Below the pieces are notes generated by a model. It did no database searches, had not been told where the DNA came from, and saw only the letters and a list, made by a program, of their open reading frames with translations. This document shows positions 55,033 to 64,000 of a stretch of DNA of 64,000 nucleotides, piece after piece. Source of the DNA: an uncultured Ruminococcus sp. (GTDB lineage: Bacteria > Bacillota > Clostridia > Oscillospirales > CAG-272). How positions within the stretch are numbered: position 1 is the first letter of the stretch; the number at the start of each line of letters is the position of its first letter. A program made the translations under genes and the position numbers. The stretch is from positions 8,816 through 72,815 of the forward strand of contig CAZVYZ010000001.1 in assembly GCA_964630695.1 (NCBI GenBank). The letters are read 5' to 3'.

Positions 55033-55314
55033 GATACCTTCCTCTTCATTATGCTATTGTGATTACGGTTTCGTTTGCACAAATCATGACACCGAAAACA
55101 ACAAAAAAACGGTTATCCCGATTTTTCGCCTTTTTTTACTATTATACCATATGAATGCTATTTTGTCAATACATTTTTGAATTTGTGTTGTGCAGTGCTT
55201 GCAATGCTATCACAGGAGGGATGGCGGACCTGCGAAAAAAATCGGAAAATGTGCTTGCGGGGCTTGAATTCAATGTGATTCTGTGCTATAATATGGAGTA
55301 ATTTTCAAAGGGAG

Positions 55315-56850
55315 ATGAGAAACATGAAGCGACGGGTCATCTTTTGCATGGTGACTTTGTTGGCTTTGCTGGCTGTGTTCGGGATTCCGACCGTCCATGG
55401 TGCGGAGGCGGAACCCGAAATCCGGATTGACAACGGAGGAAAAAGTATAACGGTCACCGAAGCCAACGCGGAGGATGTTTTGGGTGACGGGACCGTTCGT
55501 TATACGGCACCACGCGATGCGGAACCTGCGGTCCTTTCGCTGAGAGGAGCCGAATTCGACAGGTTGTCGGTTGTCGGCGGTCCGCTGATTCTGGAAATAA
55601 CGGGAGAAAATACCGTCAGAGGTGGCATGACCGTGGACGGAAAACTCACCGTGCGCGGTGCGGGAACCCTGACGGTTAAGGGCGGTATTGTTATCTCGGA
55701 AGCGGGGAGCATCACGACGGAAATGCGGGTTCGGGCGGGAAACAGTGAAAACGGGCTGGACGCGCAGGATGCAACGGAGTTTATTGCGGATGCGTCTGTA
55801 TATTTGTCACCGTATGTTCGATTTGAACCAATCTCACACGTTGTGCGGTATCATGACGATACCTGCGATGACAATCCAGTGAGCAGAAAGCACTACAACG
55901 GAATGTCGCTGATTTTGCCCGAAGCATTGTTCGACCGCGAGGGCTATACCCAAATTGGTTGGCGCGACGGAAGGAGCGGTAAAACTTACGAACTCGGAGC
56001 AGAAATAAAAGAAGACGCGGGGACGGACTACTATCCCGTATGGGAGGTCAACCGCTACAAGGTGACCTTTGATTTCGGTGGCGGAGGAGAGAACGTCGTT
56101 CTGACGCTTGCTTACGGCACGGCGATTGAAGTACCTGAAATTCCCGTGTGGGTCGGTCACCGCTTCTGCGGATGGAAAACGCAGATTCCCGATACCGTTC
56201 CCGCCAAAGACCTGACCCTGCAGGCAATCTGGGCGCTGTGTGACCACAGCGGGAATACGGCGGCGCGGTCCTGCGTAACGGAAACGGTCTGCTCGGTATG
56301 CGGCGCCGGATTGGGAAAGGGTTCACACTGCGCGGGGGAGAATGACGGAGACTGCACAACGCCCGTGACCTGTCGGGCTTGCGGCGTGGTTTTGCGGGAG
56401 GCGTGCAACGCGCATCGGCTCTCCGAATGGGAATCCCTGCCGGACGGCAGATGGTATCGCAAATGCGTCAATGCCGGTTGCACTTACGCGGAAACGGAGC
56501 GCGTTCTGCCTCCGCCGACAACGACGAAAGCGAAAACGGGGACGGATTCCACACCGGATTCGGAACCGGTCCCCGCGCCGGTCCCCGAACCTGTTTCCGA
56601 ACCGGATACCGCTCGGACTTCCGAACCGGAAACGACACCCATCGGGAAAACCGAACCGGAGACTTCCACAGACTTGCCTGAGGGCGGAACGACTACACGT
56701 CCGACCGCCGATACGGCGGTATACGGTCCCGCAAAGCCGGATTCGGATGCTTCCCGTCCCAACGAAAAGCATGGGTGCGCCTCGACGCTCCCGAATCTCC
56801 CCGTTCTCCTCGTCCTTGCGGCGTTTTCTCTCTTTCGGAGGAGAGAGTAG
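55315..56850 (+). CDS. Cell-surface protein with Listeria-Bacteroides (InlB B-type) repeats, Cys-rich module, Pro/Thr stalk and C-terminal TM anchor
   Basis: Signal peptide; YTQIGWRD...YYPVW and HRFCGWKT...LQAIW repeat signatures; PEPVSEPDT stalk; LLVLAAFSLFRRRE. Confidence 0.6.
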   Translation: MRNMKRRVIFCMVTLLALLAVFGIPTVHGAEAEPEIRIDNGGKSITVTEANAEDVLGDGTVRYTAPRDAEPAVLSLRGAEFDRLSVVGGPLILEITGENTVRGGMTVDGKLTVRGAGTLTVKGGIVISEAGSITTEMRVRAGNSENGLDAQDATEFIADASVYLSPYVRFEPISHVVRYHDDTCDDNPVSRKHYNGMSLILPEALFDREGYTQIGWRDGRSGKTYELGAEIKEDAGTDYYPVWEVNRYKVTFDFGGGGENVVLTLAYGTAIEVPEIPVWVGHRFCGWKTQIPDTVPAKDLTLQAIWALCDHSGNTAARSCVTETVCSVCGAGLGKGSHCAGENDGDCTTPVTCRACGVVLREACNAHRLSEWESLPDGRWYRKCVNAGCTYAETERVLPPPTTTKAKTGTDSTPDSEPVPAPVPEPVSEPDTARTSEPETTPIGKTEPETSTDLPEGGTTTRPTADTAVYGPAKPDSDASRPNEKHGCASTLPNLPVLLVLAAFSLFRRRE

Positions 56851-57060
56851 GATAAGAGAAAGACCTTGGGGCGTTGCCCCAAACCCTACTTAGGAAACTT
56901 CTTAAAAGAAGTTCCCTAAGAACCCTCAAGAATTTCACCCAAGGACCGGATTCCGCAGGGAATCCGGTCCTTGGGTGAAAGTTTTTGGAGATTTTTAAGA
57001 GACTTTTTTCAAAAAGTCTCTTAAATGGGGTTTGGGGCAACGCCCCAAGGTCCTTCTTTT
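56851..57060. repeat. Compound palindromic repeat block between convergent genes
   Basis: Outer IR AAAGACCTTGGGGCGTTGCCCCAAACCC / GGGGTTTGGGGCAACGCCCCAAGGTCC enclosing three separate hairpins. Confidence 0.85.
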
Positions 57061-57061
57061 C

Positions 57062-58459
57062 CTATTCTTTCTCCCGAAGAAGCGAGAGCGCCTCGTAGAT
57101 GCCCTTGACGGGGACGATGCGGATGTTTTCGATTTCAAGCGGGCGCTTTTCCACATTGCGGTAGGGGACAACCGCCGTCGTGAAACCGAGGCGGGCGGCT
57201 TCCTTGACGCGCACTTCCAGATTCGCGACCGCGCGGCACTCTCCCGCCAGTCCGACTTCTCCGAGCGCAATCAGGTCGTCGGGAATGATGCGGTCGGTCA
57301 CCGAGGAAATCAGCGCGAGCGCGACCGCAAGGTCGGAAGCAGGCTCGTCCAGATGCAGACCGCCGATGACGTTCAGGTAAACGTCGTTCTGGTAGAACTT
57401 CAGCCCGAGCCGCTTTTCCAGAACCGCGATGATGAGACACATCCGGTTGTAGTCAATGCCGTTGGTGGTCCTGCGCGGGGCAGGGAACGAGGTCTGGGTA
57501 ACCAGCGCCTGAATTTCGGCAATCAGCGGGCGGGTTCCCTCCATGGTGCAGACGGCGCAGTTGCCCGAAATGTTGCGCGGTCTGCCCGCGAGCAGCATTT
57601 CCGAGGGGTTTTCCACCTCCAGAAGTCCGCGGTCGGTCATTTCAAAGACTCCGATTTCGTTGGTGGAGCCGTAGCGGTTTTTGATGGCGCGGATGATACG
57701 GTAGGACTGTTGCCGTTCGCCCTCAAAGTAGAGTACCGCGTCCACCATGTGTTCCAGAACTTTCGGTCCCGCGATGCTGCCCTCCTTGTTGACGTGTCCC
57801 ACCATGATGACGGACATACCCTCACCCTTGGCTTTGTTGATGAACGAGAGCGCGGTTTCTTTGACCTGCGTCACGCTGCCCGGGGTGGAGTTGAGCGCCG
57901 CCGCGTAAATCGTCTGAATGGAGTCCACAATGACGACCTCGGGCTTTACGCGGTCGGTTTCGGCAAGAATCTTTTCGATGTTCGTTTCGGTCAGGATAAA
58001 AAGATTGGTTCCGCGCACCCCGAGCCGCTTGGCGCGGAGTTTGAGTTGACCGCCCGATTCCTCGCCCGAGACGTACAGGACCCGCCGCGTTTCTCCCAGT
58101 GCGTCGCAGATTTGCATCAGGAGCGTGGATTTTCCAATCCCGGGTTCGCCCGAAAGCAGGACCACCGAACCGTGGACCAGACCGCCGCCGAGTACGCGGT
58201 CCAGTTCTCCCAACCCCGTATTTTGCCGCATGTAAGCGGGGATTTCGAGGTCGGCGAACCCCACCGCACGGTTGTCCTGTGACGTGGGGACCATTGCAAC
58301 GCGGCGGTTTGGTGCGGGGGCGGTTGCCGCCCCCGGGGTGACCTCCTCCACGTCCTCCGCAAAGGAATTCCACGCACCGCAGTTCGGGCATTTCCCGAGC
58401 CACTTCGGGGTTTTGTAGGCACACTCGGTGCAAATGTAAATGGTTTTCAGTCCTTTCAT
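57062..58459 (-). CDS. radA: DNA repair protein RadA/Sms
   Basis: 465 aa from MKGLKTIYICTECAYKTPKWLGKCPNCGAWNSF; Walker A GEPGIGKSTLL; KNRYG motif; Lon-like C-domain. Confidence 0.95.
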   Translation of the reverse strand: MKGLKTIYICTECAYKTPKWLGKCPNCGAWNSFAEDVEEVTPGAATAPAPNRRVAMVPTSQDNRAVGFADLEIPAYMRQNTGLGELDRVLGGGLVHGSVVLLSGEPGIGKSTLLMQICDALGETRRVLYVSGEESGGQLKLRAKRLGVRGTNLFILTETNIEKILAETDRVKPEVVIVDSIQTIYAAALNSTPGSVTQVKETALSFINKAKGEGMSVIMVGHVNKEGSIAGPKVLEHMVDAVLYFEGERQQSYRIIRAIKNRYGSTNEIGVFEMTDRGLLEVENPSEMLLAGRPRNISGNCAVCTMEGTRPLIAEIQALVTQTSFPAPRRTTNGIDYNRMCLIIAVLEKRLGLKFYQNDVYLNVIGGLHLDEPASDLAVALALISSVTDRIIPDDLIALGEVGLAGECRAVANLEVRVKEAARLGFTTAVVPYRNVEKRPLEIENIRIVPVKGIYEALSLLREKE

Positions 58460-58495
58460 CCGACAATATGCTCCTTTTTGTTTTGGAAGATAAAA

Positions 58496-58765
58496 TTTAT
58501 CCCCCCTCATCAGTCGCTGACGCGACAGCTTCCCCCCGGGGGGAAGCCTTTTTTGTTTTCCGTTTTGCGGATTGATACATAGCCCAAGCCTAAAGCACTG
58601 CAGGCTTCTTCCACCGCTTGGAGGGAGGCTTTTCCGCAAGACGTTTTCATCGTTATATTCATATAACGGTAATTATGCAAGTTGTTGTATATTGTTCGTA
58701 CTGTGTACGGAAGGCTTCCCCTTGGGGGGAAGCTGTCGCGTCAGCGACTGATGAGGGGGGATAAC
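58496..58765. repeat. Inverted-repeat element E3: IRs 58496-58548 and 58713-58764 around a 164-bp core
   Basis: Same 53-bp IR as E1 and E2 with 2-3 substitutions; the core is unrelated to the E1 and E2 cores. Confidence 0.9.
58652..58680 (-). promoter_or_regulatory. Candidate sigma-A promoter inside the E3 core, pointing at radA
   Basis: Minus strand TTGCAT (58680-58675), 17-nt spacer, TATAAC (58657-58652). Confidence 0.4.
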
Positions 58766-58848
58766 TATTATCCGTTCCTATTCAAACGATTCTGTTTTGA
58801 CGATGTATCTTTCACTCTCTACCATTATACCGCAAACGGGACGGAAAA

Positions 58849-59589
58849 TCAAGAGCGGGGCGTGATTTCGTCGGAAATTTTCCCGAGCCCCGCGAGAATT
58901 CCGAGCGCCACCGTTTGCGCAAGTTGTTGGCGGTAGCCGTCGGTGGCAAGCAAAGCCGCTTCGTCGGAGTTGGAAAGGAAGCCGCACTCAATCAGAACGG
59001 CGGGAACAGTGAGGTGATAAAGCAGGTAAATGTTGCTGCCCGCCTGCTTGGTCTTGCGGGTGTTTTCGGGTTGCAGGCGCGTGCGGACCTCCTCCTGAAT
59101 CGCCGAAGCAAGCGAAGCCGAACGCGCGTCGTTGGGCGAGTACCAGACCTGCAAGCCGTGGTACTGCTTTTGCGGGAATGCGTTCATATGAATGCTGACG
59201 AAAACCGCGCTCTCTGTTTCCTCGGCGATTTTCCGCCGCGCCGCCAAATCAAGCGCCTTTTTTCGTCCCTTGTAGTTGACCGTGCGGTCGTAGAGCAGAA
59301 CGTCGGTGTCCCGCGTCAGGACCACCCGCACGCCGCTCGCCTCCAACAGGTCGCGGATTGCCAGCGTGACGGCGAGATTGACCGTTTTTTCCTGCAAACC
59401 GTCTGCGGATACCGCGCCGCCGTCCTCGCCGCCGTGTCCCGCGTCCAGAACCACCGTAAAAGGAGCGGCTTCCGTCGCGGCGGTACGGTTCGGACGTGCC
59501 GAAAGTTGCGGCAGGGCAAAGCCCACGCAAATGCCTGCCAGTGCCAGAACGAACAGCGTAAACCGAAAAGGTCTGTACATTTTCCTCAC
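58849..59589 (-). CDS. cwlD: N-acetylmuramoyl-L-alanine amidase, CwlD-like
   Basis: 246 aa; N-terminal TM; Amidase_3 motif VVLDAGHGGEDGGA; CwlD-like size and layout. Confidence 0.65.
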   Translation of the reverse strand: MRKMYRPFRFTLFVLALAGICVGFALPQLSARPNRTAATEAAPFTVVLDAGHGGEDGGAVSADGLQEKTVNLAVTLAIRDLLEASGVRVVLTRDTDVLLYDRTVNYKGRKKALDLAARRKIAEETESAVFVSIHMNAFPQKQYHGLQVWYSPNDARSASLASAIQEEVRTRLQPENTRKTKQAGSNIYLLYHLTVPAVLIECGFLSNSDEAALLATDGYRQQLAQTVALGILAGLGKISDEITPRS

Positions 59590-59728
59590 CCCCTCCCTCC
59601 AGTTTACGGAAACGGGAGCGCAGATATGAATTCCGAACCGAAAATTTCACGGACCCCTTGAAAACGCAACGGTTTTGTGATAGAATTATGGATGATTCGA
59701 TTTTTTACGTCCGAAAAAGGAGACTGAA

Positions 59729-60520
59729 ATGGAACTGAAACTCTGGGAGCATGAAATTCCGTATCTGACCGAGGGGGCAGAAACCCCGAATGTCCTGCAT
59801 ACCTATCTGATTCCGACCGATAAACCGTTGCCCTGCGTGGTGATTTTCGCGGGCGGCGGGTATCACGTCCGCGCGCCGCACGAGGCGGAACCGTATGCAA
59901 AATCCTTCAACAGCCGCGGCTTGCAGGCGGTCACGGTAGATTACCGCGTTGCACCGAACCGCTTCCCCGCAGGGCTTGCCGACGCACAGCGGGCGGTCAA
60001 ATTGGTCCGCAGTCACGCGGCGGAGTGGGGGATTGACCCGAATCGCGTGGTGGTGTGCGGCTCCTCGGCGGGCGGACATCTCGCCGCGTCCGCGCTGTTG
60101 TACGACGATGTGACGATGCCTGCGGGACACACGCCTGACGCGACCGACGCGGAAAGTGCGCGCCCGAACGGTGCGATTCTTTGCTACCCCGTAATTTCGG
60201 TCGGACCCGAATTCGGTAATGTGGGAAGCGGGAGAGAACTGCTCGGAACGGAGAAATACGAAGCGGAGCGCGAGGCGTTTGACCTGCAACGTAAGGTGAC
60301 CGACGCGACACCGCCGGTGTTTTTGTGGCACACGTCGGACGATTCCTGCGTGAACGTGAAGAACTCGCTCGTGTTCTGTGAGAGCCTGCGGGACCACGGA
60401 GTTCCGTTTGAGTTGCATATCTACCCGCACGGACCGCACGGTCTGGGGTTGGCAGAGGACCGAGAGTACATCCGTGCATGGAGCGGTCTTGCCGCAGATT
60501 GGGTTCTGCGTAACGTCTGA
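59729..60520 (+). CDS. Alpha/beta hydrolase (acetyl esterase/lipase type)
   Basis: FAGGGYH oxyanion region, GSSAGGHLA nucleophile elbow, HTSDD, PHG. Confidence 0.75.
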   Translation: MELKLWEHEIPYLTEGAETPNVLHTYLIPTDKPLPCVVIFAGGGYHVRAPHEAEPYAKSFNSRGLQAVTVDYRVAPNRFPAGLADAQRAVKLVRSHAAEWGIDPNRVVVCGSSAGGHLAASALLYDDVTMPAGHTPDATDAESARPNGAILCYPVISVGPEFGNVGSGRELLGTEKYEAEREAFDLQRKVTDATPPVFLWHTSDDSCVNVKNSLVFCESLRDHGVPFELHIYPHGPHGLGLAEDREYIRAWSGLAADWVLRNV

Positions 60521-60545
60521 TACGGTCTGATTCGGAGGAGAAAAC

Positions 60546-61904
60546 GTGAAAATTCTGATTGCGGGGAGCGGGAAACTCGGCGAAACGCTGGCAAGACAAC
60601 TTTGCGCGGAGGAGCATGACGTGACGCTGGTGGATTCCGACCGGAATGTTCTGGAATCGGGTCTGAACCGATACGACGTCATGGGCGTGATGGGCAACTG
60701 TGCGTCCATGGAGGTGTTGCGGCAGGCGGGCGTGGAGAGTGCAAACCTGCTGATTGCGGTGACGGGGAGCGATGAGGTCAACCTGCTGACTTGCACAACT
60801 GCGCACTACATCAACCCGAAACTGCACACCATTGCGCGCATTCGGAATCCGGAGTACGCCGAGCAGGCGTACTCCATGCGGGACGCGTTCGCGCTTTCCA
60901 TGATTGTCAATCCCGAGCGGCAGGCGGCAACCGAAATCGAGCGCCTGTTGCGCTACCCGGGGTTCCTCAAACGGGATACCTTTGCAAAGGGACGGATGGA
61001 AATTGTCGAACTGAAACTGGATGCCGACAGTCGGTTATGCAATGTCACGCTGAGCAGTCTGAACGTACTGGTCAAATGCCGTGTACTGGTCTGCGCGGTC
61101 CTGCGGGACGGCAGAGCCATAGCCCCTGACGGAAACTTTGTTCTGCACGCGGGGGACCGCATTTTCGTAACCGCACCGACCGAGGTGCTTTCGGAACTGT
61201 TGAAGAATCTCGGCGTTGTGACGCACCGCGCACAGCGTGTAATGCTCATCGGGGGCGGAAAAATCAGTTACTATCTGGCGCAGGCATTGGAGGAGAGCCG
61301 ACTGGACGTCCAGTTGGTGGAAAAGGACCCCGAAGTCTGCGAGCAGATGGCAAAAGCACTGCCGCATGCTACGGTGATTCAGGGGGACGCGACGGACCGC
61401 TCGGTTCTGGAAGTGGAGGGACTGGCGTCCTGCGACGCGTTGGTCACGCTGACGGGACTGGATGAACTGAACATGGTGATTTCGCTTTACGGCGGCGGGT
61501 TCGGTGTCAAGCAGATTATCACGAAGGTCGGGCGCATGGAGGACAGCCGCGTGCTGGACAGCCTGCCGCTCGGGAGCGTCATCTGTCCGCGCAAACTCTC
61601 GTGCAGTACCATTGTGCGGTACGTCCGCGCCATGCAGAAGCAGGCGGGGGCGGCGATTACGGTCCACACCATCGCGGACGGTCAGGTGGAGGCGATTGAG
61701 TTTCCCGTGGACGAACACACCCTGCACTGCGGGGAACCGCTGAAGAAACTGAAACTGCGGGAGAACATCCTGCTCGTGGGCATCAACCGCGGAGTCCATA
61801 CCGAAATTCCGAACGGCGATTCCTGCTTTGCGCGCGGAGACAGCGTAGTGGTCGTGTCCTCCGGAGCCACGGTCCTGATGCAACTCAACGATATTTTTGC
61901 GTAA
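60546..61904 (+). CDS. trkA: Trk potassium uptake protein TrkA (double RCK)
   Basis: 452 aa; GTG start, MKILIAGSGKLGETLA and second VMLIGGGKISYYLA Rossmann motifs. Confidence 0.9.
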   Translation: MKILIAGSGKLGETLARQLCAEEHDVTLVDSDRNVLESGLNRYDVMGVMGNCASMEVLRQAGVESANLLIAVTGSDEVNLLTCTTAHYINPKLHTIARIRNPEYAEQAYSMRDAFALSMIVNPERQAATEIERLLRYPGFLKRDTFAKGRMEIVELKLDADSRLCNVTLSSLNVLVKCRVLVCAVLRDGRAIAPDGNFVLHAGDRIFVTAPTEVLSELLKNLGVVTHRAQRVMLIGGGKISYYLAQALEESRLDVQLVEKDPEVCEQMAKALPHATVIQGDATDRSVLEVEGLASCDALVTLTGLDELNMVISLYGGGFGVKQIITKVGRMEDSRVLDSLPLGSVICPRKLSCSTIVRYVRAMQKQAGAAITVHTIADGQVEAIEFPVDEHTLHCGEPLKKLKLRENILLVGINRGVHTEIPNGDSCFARGDSVVVVSSGATVLMQLNDIFA

Positions 61905-61916
61905 GGGGGAGCGACC

Positions 61917-63371
61917 GTGAACTACAAAATGATCGGGCGCATCTGCGCGCTGTTTCTGGCGGTTGAAGCAATCTTCCTGTTACCCGCGTTCCTGATTTCG
62001 TTCCTTGACGGCGACCTGCGCGCCGCGTTTGCGTTTGCCGTGACGGTCGGCATCATTGCGGCGGTCGCGGTTCCGATTCTGATTCTGACGCGGCGGTCGC
62101 GCGGCGGATTCTATGCCAAAGAGGGACTGGTCAGCGTGGGGCTCGGCTGGATAGTCCTTTCGCTGTTCGGCGGATTGCCGTTCTTTCTCTCGGGCGAGAT
62201 TCCGAATTTTATCGACGCACTGTTTGAAATCGTTTCGGGCTTTACCACCACGGGCGCGTCCGTCGTGCCGGACGTGGAGTCGCTTAGCCGCGGCATTCTC
62301 TACTGGCGGTCTTTCTCTCATTGGCTCGGCGGCATGGGCGTTCTGGTCTTTCTGCTTGCCGTTGCGCCGGTGGGCGGCAAGAGCGAGGGCTTTACCATGC
62401 ACCTGTTGCGGGCGGAAAGCCCGGGACCGAACGTGGGAAAACTGGTGCCGAAAATGCGGCGGACGGCGGCAATTCTCTATCTGATTTATGTGCTTCTGAC
62501 GGTGACTGATTTCCTGTGCCTTCTCCTCGGAAAGATGCCCGTGTTTGACGCAATCTGCACGGCGTTCGGAACGGCGGGAACCGGCGGATTCGGAACCAAG
62601 GCGGACAGCATGGGCGGTTACAGCCCGTATCTGCAGAATGTGACGACAGTGTTCATGTTGCTGTTCGGCGTGAATTTCAGTTGCTACTATATGATTCTTC
62701 TGGGACAAATCCGCAGCGTCTGGCGTGACGAGGAGTTCCGCCTGTATTGGGGAATGGTTCTGGCGGCGGGTGCGGTCATCACGCTGAATATCCGCGGGAT
62801 GTACGACAGCGTGTGGACCTCCATGCGGCACGCGTTCTTTCAGGTGGCGAGCATCTCCACCACGACGGGTTTTGCGACGACCGATTTCAACCTCTGGCCT
62901 ACCTTTTCCAAATCCGTCCTTCTGATCCTGATGGCGGTCGGCGCGTCGGCGGGCAGCACGGGCGGCGGCTTCAAATGCGCGCGCCTGCTCCTGATTCTCA
63001 AAACGCTGAAGCGGAACATTCAGCAGATGATGCACCCGAACAGCGTGCGGGTCATCCGCATGAACGGTCAGCCTGTTGACGAGCGCGTGGTCGCGAACAC
63101 GAACGCTTATCTCGGTGCCTACGTCATCATTCTGGTGGTCAGTTTTCTGCTCGTGTCGTTAGACCGCGTCAGCACGACCACGGCATTTTCCGCCACGCTT
63201 GCCTGCTTCAACAACATCGGACCCGGGCTTGAAGCCGTGGGACCTGCGACAAGCTATGCGGCGTTGCAGCCACTCTCCAAAATCGTGCTGACGCTGGATA
63301 TGCTTGCGGGGCGGTTGGAAATTTTCCCCGTGCTGATTCTGTTCGGCAGAAGCACATGGAAACGCTATTGA
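61917..63371 (+). CDS. trkH: Trk-type potassium transporter membrane subunit TrkH
   Basis: 484 aa polytopic; selectivity-filter-like GFTTTGAS, GTAGTGGF, STTTGFAT, GSTGGGFK. Confidence 0.9.
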   Translation: MNYKMIGRICALFLAVEAIFLLPAFLISFLDGDLRAAFAFAVTVGIIAAVAVPILILTRRSRGGFYAKEGLVSVGLGWIVLSLFGGLPFFLSGEIPNFIDALFEIVSGFTTTGASVVPDVESLSRGILYWRSFSHWLGGMGVLVFLLAVAPVGGKSEGFTMHLLRAESPGPNVGKLVPKMRRTAAILYLIYVLLTVTDFLCLLLGKMPVFDAICTAFGTAGTGGFGTKADSMGGYSPYLQNVTTVFMLLFGVNFSCYYMILLGQIRSVWRDEEFRLYWGMVLAAGAVITLNIRGMYDSVWTSMRHAFFQVASISTTTGFATTDFNLWPTFSKSVLLILMAVGASAGSTGGGFKCARLLLILKTLKRNIQQMMHPNSVRVIRMNGQPVDERVVANTNAYLGAYVIILVVSFLLVSLDRVSTTTAFSATLACFNNIGPGLEAVGPATSYAALQPLSKIVLTLDMLAGRLEIFPVLILFGRSTWKRY

Positions 63372-63378
63372 CGGAGAA

Positions 63379-64000
63379 ATGATGGAACCGAATGAACTGA
63401 ACATACCCGAATATGACCAAGCCGCTCCGGAGCGGTGGGAGGCGTGTATCCGCCGTATTGAGGGCGGAATCGAACACGGCGTGCATTTCGTTTTCCTGAC
63501 GGATGATCACGCCAAGTATAACAGCGGGACCTCGCCGGCACTCATCCGGCATTTGCTCACGCACACGGGACTGACGCACTGCTTTTTCGGCGGCGACGCA
63601 ATCAACCACGAAAGGACGGTTGCAGGCGGATTTCGTGCGCCTGTTCGACTTTGCTCAGCCGGAATTCCATCCGGTCATCGGCAATCACGAATACTATGTA
63701 TGGGAGAAAACACCGACGGAGGGGGAGAAGCCGACAACGGAGCAGGTGTTCGACACCATGTGTTCGCATATCGCCACGAAACTGTCCGCGCGTGGTCCGC
63801 TCGGGAGTTACGTGCTTTGCCGTCTCGAGGAAAAGGTCTGCTATCTCACCGTGCCGTGTGATTTCGACTGCCTGATTTCCGATGACCTGATTGCTTTTCC
63901 GGCGGAGGAATGCCGGAAAATTCCCGAGGGGTATGCCTGCATCGTGGTGGGACACGCGTTTGTCAACAACGATGCGGCACCGTCGGTTATCCTGCACGAC
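63379..64000 (+). pseudogene. Metallophosphoesterase, apparent frameshift near 63600-63625; runs off the window
   Basis: Frame A: VHFVFLTDDHA...FFGGDAIN. Frame A+2: LQADFVRLFDFAQPEFHPVIGNHEYY...VVGHAF. Together they give the ordered D-x-H / GD / GNHE / H motifs. Confidence 0.55.

Noticed and set aside
1-64000. tRNA, rRNA, tmRNA genes
   Set aside because: No T-loop (GGTTCGAATCC-like) or anticodon-arm patterns and no rRNA-like stretches were noticed. A scan by eye can miss tRNAs, so tRNAscan-SE should confirm.

Overview
64-kb chromosomal segment from a high-GC, Gram-positive, Clostridia-like spore-former lineage; this assignment is inferred from spoVT, cwlD, lipoboxes and sigma-A type promoters. 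(1) Positions 1-23.5 kb hold housekeeping genes: trmD end, an O-antigen-ligase-like gene, HPr, uvrC, rsmD, coaD, a flippase, rplS, ychF, a two-component system, an ECF S-component and a glycosidase. A complete TerB / DUF2791-ATPase / Lhr-like helicase operon, matching the described Shango defence architecture, interrupts them at 11.3-16.7 kb. (2) Positions 23.5-43.3 kb are a lower-GC mosaic island full of gene wrecks: a type I R-M deletion scar and stubs of an IS256 transposase, MobC, a relaxase, DUF4143 and EEP genes. The island also carries an intact Upf1/DNA2-like SF1 helicase fused to a DUF2726-type nuclease (candidate single-gene defence), a desulfoferrodoxin-ferritin-rubredoxin operon and a glycan-utilisation cluster. 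It ends in a large serine recombinase whose ORF runs in frame into the 3' ~85% of the sporulation regulator gene spoVT, so the island sits inside spoVT. The spoVT 5' end was not found in this window. (3) Positions 43.4-64 kb hold a carbohydrate/esterase/MBL cluster, eda, a 2-hydroxyacid dehydrogenase, a Wzz-like protein, a surface protein, radA, cwlD, an esterase, trkAH and a frameshifted metallophosphoesterase. Intergenic DNA is saturated with modular hairpin repeats. These include three copies of a unit built from (near-)perfect 53-bp inverted repeats around unrelated AT-rich cores, and a ~300-bp structured module placed directly before the start codons of uvrC and rsmD. No rRNA, tRNA or CRISPR array was recognised. 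All domain calls come from motif recognition by eye, not from database searches.
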